A stretch of 18,446 nucleotides of DNA from a virus (Duplodnaviria > Heunggongvirae > Uroviricota > Caudoviricetes): the IMG/VR virus record IMGVR_UViG_2526164613_000015; one strand, written 5' to 3'. The notes beneath the pieces are model-generated. The model did not search any database, was not told where the DNA came from, and saw only the letters and a program-made list of their open reading frames with translations. Positions within the stretch are counted from its first letter, which is position 1, and each line of letters begins with the position of its first letter. Positions 7,074-15,188 of the stretch are shown in pieces. A program made the position numbers and the translations under genes.

Positions 7074-7575
7074 AATTCCATCCAGCTTTTTGTTGGTATT
7101 GCTGTCGATACGCAAGTTTGAAAGCAATTGCTTTTTCTATAAGTTCGTCAGTTTCACGATCCACTACGGCAGGATCAGCAAAAAGCAGTCCGGACTCCAC
7201 CACATCGCCATATTCTTTGTTTAACCCGGCGATCATGTACGTGATGCTTTTTCCGTCACTAATTTCACGATACAACCTGAAATCATTAATCCGGATAGCC
7301 TCCATAATTGCAGGCACTAGCGCCGTGAACTTTTCACGCTTATCCCTAGTGTCGATAGCCTTCCAGCGTTCGAATATCTTCACTCGATTAACGCCAAGCG
7401 CTCGCTGATCAACCGCGCCACCTTCATCTGTGACACGCTGAACCTCGATGTTCGGGCGCTCTTTCAAAGCCCAGAATGCTTCAGTGATTAATATCGTCGC
7501 CTGCTCCTGTGTCATTCCTGGTCGACATATCCAGGCATCCAGAGCCTCACGAGCCTGTTCAGGAGTGATTTTCAT
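7054..7575 (-). CDS. hypothetical early-region protein (173 aa) at the CII/YdaT position downstream of the cro-like gene
   Basis: ATG at 7575; overlaps the cro-like stop by 17 nt and the initiator start by about 20 nt, indicating an operon; family not securely recognised. Confidence 0.55.
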   Translation of the reverse strand: MKITPEQAREALDAWICRPGMTQEQATILITEAFWALKERPNIEVQRVTDEGGAVDQRALGVNRVKIFERWKAIDTRDKREKFTALVPAIMEAIRINDFRLYREISDGKSITYMIAGLNKEYGDVVESGLLFADPAVVDRETDELIEKAIAFKLAYRQQYQQKAGWNYEPSFC

Positions 7576-7786
7576 TGTTCAACCGCCCCGCCCGCTTCGT
7601 CTTACGATATTCGTCATAAACCTTGGGATCATACTGAAGCTCGCCGCCAGATGCCTCCTGTAGACGCATCGCGCGACCTTCAGGAACCAGCTCTTGCCAT
7701 TGAGAAACAGCAGATGGGTCAACGCCAGCAGCTTTCGCTACTTTAGCTTTCGTACCGTAAAAATTAATTACGTCTGATTTAAACAT
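7559..7786 (-). CDS. dicC: Cro-like regulator, DicC/YdaS-like (75 aa)
   Basis: ATG at 7786 with GGAGG 4 nt upstream; sequence ...VPEGRAMRLQEASGGELQYDPKVYDEYRKTKRAG resembles DicC as recalled; divergent from the repressor gene. Confidence 0.7.
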   Translation of the reverse strand: MFKSDVINFYGTKAKVAKAAGVDPSAVSQWQELVPEGRAMRLQEASGGELQYDPKVYDEYRKTKRAGRLNNENHS

Positions 7787-7798
7787 CGCACCTCCAAT

Positions 7799-7814
7799 AT
7801 TGAGTTTTCTCAAT
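7799..7814. promoter_or_regulatory. candidate operator in the dicA/dicC-like divergent promoter region
   Basis: Perfect palindrome ATTGAG-TTTT-CTCAAT, with CTCAAGGAATCTCAAG half-site repeats at 7822-7837, in the 77-bp intergenic region. Confidence 0.45.
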
Positions 7815-7863
7815 GCTAATCACTCAAGGAATCTCAAGCCAAGGGTTATTAAGATATCTAAAT

Positions 7864-8271
7864 ATGAACGAGAAAACTTTAGGTCAACGCATTAGAGAAA
7901 GACGTAAGCAGGTAGGCTTAAGTCAAAACGGTTTAAGCAAAGCTGCTGGCGTATCTGGCTCATCAATTTCATTATGGGAAAGTGACCATACAGCCCCGCG
8001 CGGGCAAAATTTGCATCGCCTCGCCGAGGTATTGCAATGTTCACCAACCTGGATACTGTTTGGCGACGAGGACAAAACACCAGCTCCCCCTGTTTCACTC
8101 GATAGTGCCTTAGACTTATCGGAAGATGAGTTAGAGATGTTGCGTTTGTATCGCGCACTTCCTAAATCAGAGCAACAAGCACAACTCAGCGAACTCCGCG
8201 CCCGCGTTGAGAATTTTAATCGCCTGTTCACCGAGCTATTAGAGGCTCGCAAACGCAACAAGCATCAATAA
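7864..8271 (+). CDS. dicA: CI-type prophage repressor, DicA-like XRE HTH protein (135 aa)
   Basis: HTH LGQRIRERRKQVGLSQNGLSKAAGVSGSSISLWES; motifs VLQCSPTWILFGDEDK and RARVENFNRLF resemble DicA as recalled; ATG at 7864 gives DicA-like length (ORF track starts at 7813). Confidence 0.8.
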   Translation: MNEKTLGQRIRERRKQVGLSQNGLSKAAGVSGSSISLWESDHTAPRGQNLHRLAEVLQCSPTWILFGDEDKTPAPPVSLDSALDLSEDELEMLRLYRALPKSEQQAQLSELRARVENFNRLFTELLEARKRNKHQ

Positions 8272-8463
8272 TCATCCCTTCACAAAATTTTAAAGCCTTA
8301 CATTTCAATGTATTGGCTTTATCTTGCGTCAATACTTGAGTTTTATCATCAAAAAACCTTAACGAAAAACAATGAGAAAACTAAATTACCTCCATCAAGA
8401 CACCGCACGGTGTTCTCAGCAAACAGTTCCGCTACCCCGGCGTTAAGGGGAAATGAGGTCAAC

Positions 8464-8616
8464 ATGGATACTATCGATCTTGGCAACAACGAATCTCTGG
8501 TATGCGGCGTGTTTCCCAACCAAGACGGCACGTTCACCGCGATGACGTATACCAAAAGCAAAACGTTTAAAACCGAATCTGGCGCGCGTCGCTGGTTAGC
8601 AAGAAACTCTGACTAA
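8464..8616 (+). CDS. ydfA: small protein (50 aa), YdfA-like first gene of the dicB operon
   Basis: ATG at 8464 with GAGG 5 nt upstream; ...TAMTYTKSKTFKTESGARRWLARNSD; position downstream of dicA-like gene matches K-12 ydfA. Confidence 0.5.
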   Translation: MDTIDLGNNESLVCGVFPNQDGTFTAMTYTKSKTFKTESGARRWLARNSD

Positions 8617-8729
8617 TGAAATCTGGTAATTAAGGAATCCTCCACGGGGGGGAGTGGTGCACACGCGCCGGACACAAGCAAGCATCCGGCATGCTCTTTA
8701 ACAATCTGGATATCCATAACAGTAAAAAT

Positions 8730-9221
8730 CTACAGATTGCCGTTCAGTTTTCTGGCCAACTCTTCAAGAGATGGAGGCGATACGTAATCCGGATTTTTAT
8801 TCATAAGAAACTGATTTTCACAGTACAGGCACCTGCTTTTATGAAAAAATTCACATTCTCTAACCGGGAATAGCTGAAGTATCGATACTATCTTTTGTCC
8901 AAAACATTTTGGACAAAGATGCATGATTATGCTGCCGCCGTTCACGGTTACCTCCTTCGAGTACACAAAAGTTCCCGACTCAAGTTGGCTAAGGATATAA
9001 CCTTCCGTCTGAGCCTCAAAGTTTTCAAATTCTGCAATTTTAGCTTTGAGAGAAGCATTTATTTCTTGATAAGTGCCCACCAGCTCAACGAGAGACACGC
9101 ATTCGCGCTGAATAGATGCAAGCTTTGAGTTCAGTTCACCAATAGCCGCATTTACTTCAGCTTGAGTTTTTGCCTCGTTCATTAGTTTTGCAATCTGGGC
9201 GGTTTCACGAATAGCCGTCAT
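8730..9221 (-). CDS. hypothetical coiled-coil plus C4 zinc-ribbon protein (about 163 aa), antisense within the dicB-operon interval
   Basis: Predicted N-terminal helical/coiled-coil region and C-terminal CPKC...CLYC pair; start uncertain (ATG 9221 preferred; ORF track extends to 9479 through a repeat-rich region); convergent with dicA/ydfA. Confidence 0.45.
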   Translation of the reverse strand: MTAIRETAQIAKLMNEAKTQAEVNAAIGELNSKLASIQRECVSLVELVGTYQEINASLKAKIAEFENFEAQTEGYILSQLESGTFVYSKEVTVNGGSIIMHLCPKCFGQKIVSILQLFPVRECEFFHKSRCLYCENQFLMNKNPDYVSPPSLEELARKLNGNL

Positions 9222-9559
9222 TGCTGCCGTTAATTCAGCGATCACATTCAATACTCTTATTGTTGTTGGGAATATCCAGATTAACAAGATCCTTGTTGTT
9301 GGGGAATAACGGGGACCACCTCGCCTGACGTGGTAAAAAGCAGGCACACAACACGAAAGCACACGGCGAGGTTGCTGGTTCATAGATAGCCTATCGTTAA
9401 ATTTTCGTCGACCGTGCGCTTCCGGTTGTGGCAATCCGCGAAATGGCGCGGCGGTAAGTATGGCTGGGGTTTCCTCCATTGCTCCAGAAAATGCACCGGG
9501 TTGTCAGGTTGACCATACGCTTAAGTGACAACCCCGCTACAACGCCCTCTGTTATCAAT

Positions 9560-9612
9560 TTTCTGGTGACATTTGGCGGTATCAGTTTTACTCCGTGACT
9601 GCTCTGCCGCCC
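9560..9612 (+). ncRNA. dicF: DicF-like small RNA
   Basis: TTTCTGGTGACATTTGGCGGTATCAGTTTTACTCCGTGACTGCTCTGCCGCCC followed by TTTTT matches K-12 DicF as recalled with about one mismatch; lies immediately upstream of the dicB-like gene. Confidence 0.65.
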
Positions 9613-9786
9613 TTTTTAAAGTGAATTTTGTGATGCGGTGAATGCGGCTAAGCGCACGCGGAACAGTTAAAACCAAAAACAGTGTTATGGGTGGATTCTC
9701 TGTATCCGGCGTTAATTGTTAACTGGTTAACGTCACCTGGAGGCACCAGGCACTGCATCACAAAATTCATTGTTGAGGACGCGATA

Positions 9787-9975
9787 ATGGAAACGTTATT
9801 ACCAAACGTTAATACGTCTGAAGGTTGTTTTGATATTGGTGTTCTGCTCAGTAATAAAGCGTTTACTGAGGATGCCATTAATATGCGGAAATATGAGCCT
9901 TATCTGCTCAATGATAATTCCATACTTTCCCGAATTGCTCTTCTTGAACTTGGTATTTTCGGAGAACAGCAGTGA
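9787..9975 (+). CDS. dicB: DicB-like cell-division inhibitor (62 aa)
   Basis: METLLPNVNTSEGCFDIGVLLSNKAFTEDAINMRK... closely resembles the DicB N-terminus as recalled; GAGGA Shine-Dalgarno 7 nt upstream of the ATG. Confidence 0.75.
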   Translation: METLLPNVNTSEGCFDIGVLLSNKAFTEDAINMRKYEPYLLNDNSILSRIALLELGIFGEQQ

Positions 9976-10160
9976 CCTCAGCATTTGCACTGGTGATGAC
10001 CGTTTTTCTTATAACGGGTGAGCCGCAGAATGTAATTACCGGAATTTATGACAGTAAGTCATCCTGCATTCAGGTAAGGGACGAACAAAAAATCCCCGGT
10101 GAATGCCTCCCGTTAAAAAAAGTGTCGCTGAACCTGAATAACGAAATACCGGCTGGATAA
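9972..10160 (+). CDS. ydfD: YdfD-like small protein with N-terminal hydrophobic segment (62 aa)
   Basis: GTG start overlapping the dicB stop (GTGA), GGAGA Shine-Dalgarno 6 nt upstream; N-terminal TM-like segment AFALVMTVFLI; synteny with K-12 ydfD. Confidence 0.55.
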   Translation: MTSAFALVMTVFLITGEPQNVITGIYDSKSSCIQVRDEQKIPGECLPLKKVSLNLNNEIPAG

Positions 10161-10252
10161 CCCTCCAGCCATATTAACGCCATACCAACGGATTAAAAAT
10201 ACCAGCAATGGCAGGAATTTGTTCATCCTTAAAATGGTTATGAGGTTTATCA

Positions 10253-12670
10253 ATGAACGCTGATAAAGAAGAAATTGCACTATATTACGAAGCCAAAAAT
10301 GACAAAGTCAGAAAACGCCTTGGGATTAAAGGTGGTTTTTACTGGCGCACAGCAAAAAAATTATCGGTTGCAATATCACGCGGTGTTGCTGCAATGGACG
10401 ATGCCGGATTTGACGAAGAGGATTTTAAAAAACCCATCCGCGTCCATTTACCCGTTGTGAATGACCTTCCACCGGAAGGTGTGTTTGATACTGAATTCTG
10501 CAACCGATACGAAAAAGGCGGAGAAGATGGTATCACAATGATACTTATCGCGCCCTCTGTTCCGGACAAACCAGCCAGTACTGACAATACCAACGTCAAC
10601 GGCGAAGACATGGCTAAGATTGAGGAGAATATGCTTCTTCCGGTTTCAGGTCAGATTCTGCCTGTTCGCTGGCTGGCGCAACACAACAGCGAAAAACCGG
10701 TCACGCACGTTTCACTGGACAAACTGCGCGCATTACATAACGCACAGGATGAAAAACTTCCCGCCGTTACCGCGCTGGCCATCTCAAATAAAGCAGTGCA
10801 ACTCGAACCGCTGGAGATTCGGGATTTGTACAAACTGGAGCGAGACACTGACAAAGTTTTCCCCGCCCCCGTAAATTCGGACCTGGGACTGATGACCTCT
10901 TTTATCGAAGCATACCTGGGCGCTGACTACACCGATCGCGGTCTGCTTACAAAAGAGTGGATGAAAGGAAATAGTGTTTCACGCATCAGCCGCACGCCAT
11001 CCGGCGCTAACGCTGGCGGCGGCATTCTTACCGATCGCGGCGAAGGTTTTGTCCACGATGATGCGTCAGTGGCGCGTGACGTAGCCACTGGCGTACTGGC
11101 CCGTTCAATGGACGTGGATATTTATAACCTTCATCCCGCACACGCTAAACGCATTGAGGAAATTATCGCTGAAAATAAACCGCCATTTACTGTGTTTTTC
11201 AGCAAATTCATCACCATGCCGGGCCACAAGGATTACTCCCGCGCCATCGTGGTTGCGTCCGTGAAAGAAGCACCAATTGGTATAGAGGCTACTCCCCACC
11301 GTGTCACCGAATACCTGAATAAGGTGCTGACTGAAACCGATCATGCCACCCCTGATCCGGAAATCGTGGATATTGCCTGTGGCCGCTCCTCTGCCCCGAT
11401 GCCGCAGCGTGTAACAAAAGAAGGAAAACAGGATGATGAAGAAAAACCGCAGCCATCTGGCGCAATGGCAGATGAACAGGCAACGACTGAAGCAGTGGAA
11501 CCGGATACAACTGAACATAATCAGGACACGCAGTCGATGGATGCTCAGCCACAGATAAATTCTGTTGATGCGAAATATCAGAAACTGCGTGCAGAACTCC
11601 ATGAAGCCAAGAAAAACATTCCACCCAAAAATCCTGTCGATGCAGATAAATTACTGGCTGCTTCTCGCGGAGAATTTGTTGAAGGGATTAGCGACCCGAA
11701 TGATCCAAAATGGGTGAAGGGGATCCAGAGTCGCGATGATGATGACCAGAATCAGGATAAAGCGGAACAAAACAGCCCAAATGCGTTACAAAACGAGCCA
11801 AAAACAAAACAACCAGAACCAGTAGTGCAACAAGAACCAGAAAAAGTTTGCACCACATGTGGTCAGACCGGTGGCGGCAACTGTCCTGACTGTAGTGCGG
11901 TGATGGGGAACGCAACCTACCAGGAAACATTCGATGAAGAGAATCAGGCTGAAGCTCAGAAAAATGATCCGGAGGAAATGGAAGGCACTGAACATCTGCA
12001 CAAGGAGAACACTGGCAGCGATCAGTATCACGCCAGCGATAATAAAACTGGCGAAACAGCAAATCCCTTAATTAAAGTGAACGGTCATCATGAAATCTCA
12101 TCCACCAGCAGGTTGTGGCACCATCTGATGATTGACCTTGAAGCAATGGGAAAAAATCCTGATGCGCCAATAAACGCTATAGCCGGTAAGTTTTTTGATC
12201 CGGCAACCGGAGATATGGGGCCAGAATTCAGCAAAACTATCGATCTGGAAACCGCAGGCGGGGTCATCGATCGGGACACCATTAAGTGGTGGCTGAAACA
12301 GTCACGCGAAGCACAATCCTCCATTCTGACCGATGAAATCCCGTTGGATGATGCACTGCTGCAATTACGGGAATTTATCGACGAAAACTCCGGTGAATTT
12401 TTTGTTCAGGTCTGGGGTAACGGTGCAACTTTCGACAACGTGATTTTACGCCGTTCATATGAACGGCAGGGGATCCCCTGCCCGTGGCGTTACACCAATG
12501 ATCGCGATGTAAGAACGATGGTTGCTCTGGGACTGGTGATGGATTTCGACGCAAGAACGACTATTCCATTCGAAGGTGAACGCCATAACGCCCTGCACGA
12601 TGCGCGTTACCAGGCAAAATACGTTTCAGCCATCTGGCAAAAACTGATCCCGAGTCAGGCTGATTTTTAA
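10253..12670 (+). CDS. RecE/YdfE-like protein (805 aa) with C-terminal DnaQ-like DEDDh 3'-5' exonuclease domain
   Basis: C-terminal Exo motifs MIDLEAMG (D-x-E), [26 protein letters not shown] (H-x4-D); central acidic low-complexity region with zinc-ribbon-like [15 protein letters not shown]; GAGG Shine-Dalgarno; sits where lambda exo / Rac recE map. Confidence 0.8.
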   Translation: MNADKEEIALYYEAKNDKVRKRLGIKGGFYWRTAKKLSVAISRGVAAMDDAGFDEEDFKKPIRVHLPVVNDLPPEGVFDTEFCNRYEKGGEDGITMILIAPSVPDKPASTDNTNVNGEDMAKIEENMLLPVSGQILPVRWLAQHNSEKPVTHVSLDKLRALHNAQDEKLPAVTALAISNKAVQLEPLEIRDLYKLERDTDKVFPAPVNSDLGLMTSFIEAYLGADYTDRGLLTKEWMKGNSVSRISRTPSGANAGGGILTDRGEGFVHDDASVARDVATGVLARSMDVDIYNLHPAHAKRIEEIIAENKPPFTVFFSKFITMPGHKDYSRAIVVASVKEAPIGIEATPHRVTEYLNKVLTETDHATPDPEIVDIACGRSSAPMPQRVTKEGKQDDEEKPQPSGAMADEQATTEAVEPDTTEHNQDTQSMDAQPQINSVDAKYQKLRAELHEAKKNIPPKNPVDADKLLAASRGEFVEGISDPNDPKWVKGIQSRDDDDQNQDKAEQNSPNALQNEPKTKQPEPVVQQEPEKVCTTCGQTGGGNCPDCSAVMGNATYQETFDEENQAEAQKNDPEEMEGTEHLHKENTGSDQYHASDNKTGETANPLIKVNGHHEISSTSRLWHHLMIDLEAMGKNPDAPINAIAGKFFDPATGDMGPEFSKTIDLETAGGVIDRDTIKWWLKQSREAQSSILTDEIPLDDALLQLREFIDENSGEFFVQVWGNGATFDNVILRRSYERQGIPCPWRYTNDRDVRTMVALGLVMDFDARTTIPFEGERHNALHDARYQAKYVSAIWQKLIPSQADF

Positions 12671-12684
12671 TGTTCAACCCGGAT

Positions 12685-12712
12685 CGCCGCTAACGGCATA
12701 TAGTTAGCGGCG
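12685..12712 (+). promoter_or_regulatory. perfect 10-bp stem hairpin between the exonuclease gene and xis-like gene
   Basis: CGCCGCTAAC-ggcatata-GTTAGCGGCG; no U-tract follows, so function (terminator, attenuator or processing site) is unclear. Confidence 0.4.
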
Positions 12713-12728
12713 GTTGTGAGATATAGCT

Positions 12729-12932
12729 ATGAGCAGCATATTTTTAACCGAAAATGAATTGCAAACGTTAACGGGCTGCAAATATGCAAGCCACCAGCGC
12801 AACTGGTTAATAAAAAATGGGCTTCCGTTCTATACCAATCGTAGTGGAAAACCGATCGTCAGTCGGGAACTGTTTACCTGTATAAAAACTTTACCACCAC
12901 GTGAGGCTGAACCTGATTTCGGTGCGATCTAA
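12729..12932 (+). CDS. excisionase-like small protein (67 aa) translationally coupled to the integrase
   Basis: ATG start; stop TAA overlaps the integrase ATG (TAATG); immediately upstream of int as in lambdoid xis-int modules. Confidence 0.55.
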   Translation: MSSIFLTENELQTLTGCKYASHQRNWLIKNGLPFYTNRSGKPIVSRELFTCIKTLPPREAEPDFGAI

Positions 12933-13957
12933 TGGGAAGACGAAGGAAAAATCCCGAACACGAAAAATTACCGCCAAAGGTATACCCCAATAAATATAGT
13001 TATGTATGGAAACCGACATCCAGAGAATCTGTAACCTTAACTGCAATCGAGGATGGTTTAGCCGCATTATGGAAAAAGTATGAAGAAACGGTTAACCATC
13101 GCGATCGCGCAATGACATTTGGGCGTTTGTGGGAAAAATTTCTCGCCAGCGCCTATTACAGCGAGCTTAGTCCTAGAACTCAAAAAGATTATCTGCAACA
13201 TCAAAAAAAGTTGCTGGCCGTATTCGGTAAGGTGCTGGCCGATTCTGTAAAACCAGAGCACATCAGACGATACATGGACAAAAGAGGCGAGCAGAGTAAA
13301 ACGCAGGCAAACCATGAAAAAAGCAGTATGTCGCGCGTTTATAGTTGGGGGTATGAACGAGGGTATGTAAAGGCTAATCCTTGTGCCGGTGTAAGTAAAT
13401 TCAAGGCAAAAAACCGAGAGCGCTATGTGACTGACAAAGAATACCAGGCCGTATTAAGCGTGGCTCCTGTGCCTGTTTTTATCGCGATGGAAATTGCATA
13501 TCTGTGCGCAGCAAGGATTTCCGATGTGTTATCTCTGAAATGGGAACAGATCGGAAACGATGGGATCTTTATCCAGCAAGGTAAAACAGGAAAGAAACAG
13601 ATAAAAGCCTGGAGCCCCCGCCTGCAATCAGTTATAGAAAAAGCCAAACAACTCCCCAAGTCGGCCTATGTAATCAGCAATCAGTACGGCAACCGTTACA
13701 TGTATAAAGGATTTAATGAAATGTGGGTTGAGGCAAGAAATTTAGCAGGACAGATATCTGGGATCGCCACCGATTTTACGTTCCATGACCTTAAAGCCAA
13801 GGGGATATCAGATTACGAAGGTAGTAGCCGGGATAAACAACTTTTCTCTGGTCACAAGACCGAAGGACAGGTATTAATCTATGACAGGAAAGTGAAGATC
13901 TCACCTACACTGGATGTACCTTTACCCCAGAATATTCCAACAAAATATTCCAAGTAA
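12932..13957 (+). CDS. int: tyrosine recombinase / phage integrase (341 aa)
   Basis: C-terminal catalytic region FTFHDLKAKGISDY...SGHK...QVLIYDRK consistent with the His/Tyr box of tyrosine recombinases; 3' end lies about 50 nt from the tRNA-derived att core. Confidence 0.85.
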   Translation: MGRRRKNPEHEKLPPKVYPNKYSYVWKPTSRESVTLTAIEDGLAALWKKYEETVNHRDRAMTFGRLWEKFLASAYYSELSPRTQKDYLQHQKKLLAVFGKVLADSVKPEHIRRYMDKRGEQSKTQANHEKSSMSRVYSWGYERGYVKANPCAGVSKFKAKNRERYVTDKEYQAVLSVAPVPVFIAMEIAYLCAARISDVLSLKWEQIGNDGIFIQQGKTGKKQIKAWSPRLQSVIEKAKQLPKSAYVISNQYGNRYMYKGFNEMWVEARNLAGQISGIATDFTFHDLKAKGISDYEGSSRDKQLFSGHKTEGQVLIYDRKVKISPTLDVPLPQNIPTKYSK

Positions 13958-14009
13958 TTCCAAGTGTGATTTTTATCACTGACTTGATGGCGTGTAAGTG
14001 ATTGAATTT

Positions 14010-14071
14010 TGGCGGAGAGAGGGGGATTTGAACCCCCGGTGGAGTTGCCCCCACTCCGGTTTTCGAGACCG
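14010..14071 (-). other. 3'-terminal fragment (about 62 nt) of a tRNA-Ser(CGA)-like gene; attachment-site core / integration junction
   Basis: Reverse complement reads CGGTCTCGAAAACCGG...CGGGGGTTCAAATCCCCCTCTCTCCGCCA (anticodon loop with CGA, T-arm, acceptor 3' strand); 5' half of the tRNA is absent. Confidence 0.7.
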
Positions 14072-14465
14072 ATGATACAGAGTCGAAAAATCAAAGAGTT
14101 AAAAATTTTTCTTGGAATAAATGTCTTAAAATCGTACACGAAAAATCAATAAATTACATAACATTTAAAGAAGAATATTCCAAGCCATCTTGAGGCCACC
14201 ACCTGTTTTCAGGTGTCATTCAGACGTGATTTACCCCAGATTGGGAAAGCACGCTTTTTTTCTCAGCTTATTCCGTTTTGCCTGTGTGTTGAATAATTCC
14301 ACTGAAGTTATATAAAATCGGTAACGGCTGGAAATCATCCAATACTAGCACTATCGAAAGTTCACCAACCAACCGCAGTACGTTCTTGCATACGAGGTGC
14401 CGTGTTTTACATGCCGTACCGAGAATTAATTTCATTTTACGAAAAGTTAACCCGCCATTGCTATC

Positions 14466-15107
14466 TTAATTTTTTAAAACGAAGTTACCTCTGTCAGGGT
14501 CAAAAGCACAATTATCTCTTCCTACAATCATTGAAACTGCGATTGACTCCCTGCTCAAAGGATGAGCCGCCCTTGTTTTAACAAGATGTATTAATGCCAT
14601 TTTATCATACAACATACAAACATTTGAATTCATTGAATTCCTCATAAATACCCCATCTTCTGGTTCACATAATGTAACAGGGCATGTTCGTAAGCTCTCT
14701 GGCACTTGCAATTGTGCATGCTCCACATTAAATGCACATACTTCAATTTTATCTAACAACTCCTCTAACTGGTAGTTAGAAAGCAAATCCATATTTTCGA
14801 GCATCTCAATTTCACGCAGTACTGTAACTTCACGGCTTGTCAAACTACCATGATTAAGTGTACGTTCAATATGTTCTATATATTGAAGGCCAATCTGGAT
14901 ATTATCATTCGATAAACCATCCTGGTTAAGACTTCCCATAAAATATCCATTTACCTGCATAGGTCGTATTGACACCATCAACTCACCCAGTCTTATTTGA
15001 GCTTCTCCACGAATAGTCTGATTACGTATCTCAGACAAGGTTTCTTGAGGAATGTCAGACAAAAAACTAACCCCAGGTAAAATATAAGGCGTTAAATCTA
15101 CAGGCAT
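14466..15107 (-). CDS. nleG: NleG family type III secreted effector (U-box E3 ubiquitin ligase), 213 aa
   Basis: MP N-terminus; conserved C-terminal U-box region CPVTL...GVFMRNS...HPLSRESI...FD...GNFV shared with three downstream paralogs; AT-rich. Confidence 0.8.
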   Translation of the reverse strand: MPVDLTPYILPGVSFLSDIPQETLSEIRNQTIRGEAQIRLGELMVSIRPMQVNGYFMGSLNQDGLSNDNIQIGLQYIEHIERTLNHGSLTSREVTVLREIEMLENMDLLSNYQLEELLDKIEVCAFNVEHAQLQVPESLRTCPVTLCEPEDGVFMRNSMNSNVCMLYDKMALIHLVKTRAAHPLSRESIAVSMIVGRDNCAFDPDRGNFVLKN

Positions 15108-15188
15108 TCCTCTCCCTCCATTTTAATAACTTAATTTTGCTTTAGTAAAAAATAAAAGTACATAAAACTATATTTATATCATTAATTA

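Noticed and set aside
8691-9128. Plus-strand ORFs 8691..8873 and 8895..9128 as ydfB/ydfC equivalents
   Set aside because: Both lie antisense to the better-supported minus-strand gene and do not resemble small phage proteins; ydfB/ydfC appear replaced, though ORFs under 60 aa cannot be excluded.
9222-9479. N-terminal 86-codon extension of ORF 8730..9479 in the ORF track
   Set aside because: Encoded sequence is Arg/Pro-rich and low-complexity, and the DNA contains direct and inverted repeats typical of regulatory sequence. The internal ATG at 9221 is preferred, although no start here has a strong Shine-Dalgarno, so this stays uncertain.
10275-12324. Numerous ORFs on both strands inside the 805-aa exonuclease gene (for example 10339..10611, 11105..11602, 11688..12062)
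   Set aside because: Shadow ORFs within a long, well-supported coding region; their products are Cys/His/Arg-rich and not protein-like.
14010-14071. Intact tRNA-Ser gene
   Set aside because: Only the 3' part from the anticodon loop onward is present; the sequence upstream of the anticodon stem has no D-arm or complementary acceptor strand.
13879-14139. Minus-strand ORF spanning the integrase 3' end and the tRNA fragment
   Set aside because: Overlaps a well-supported integrase gene and a tRNA-derived sequence; hydrophobic low-complexity product.
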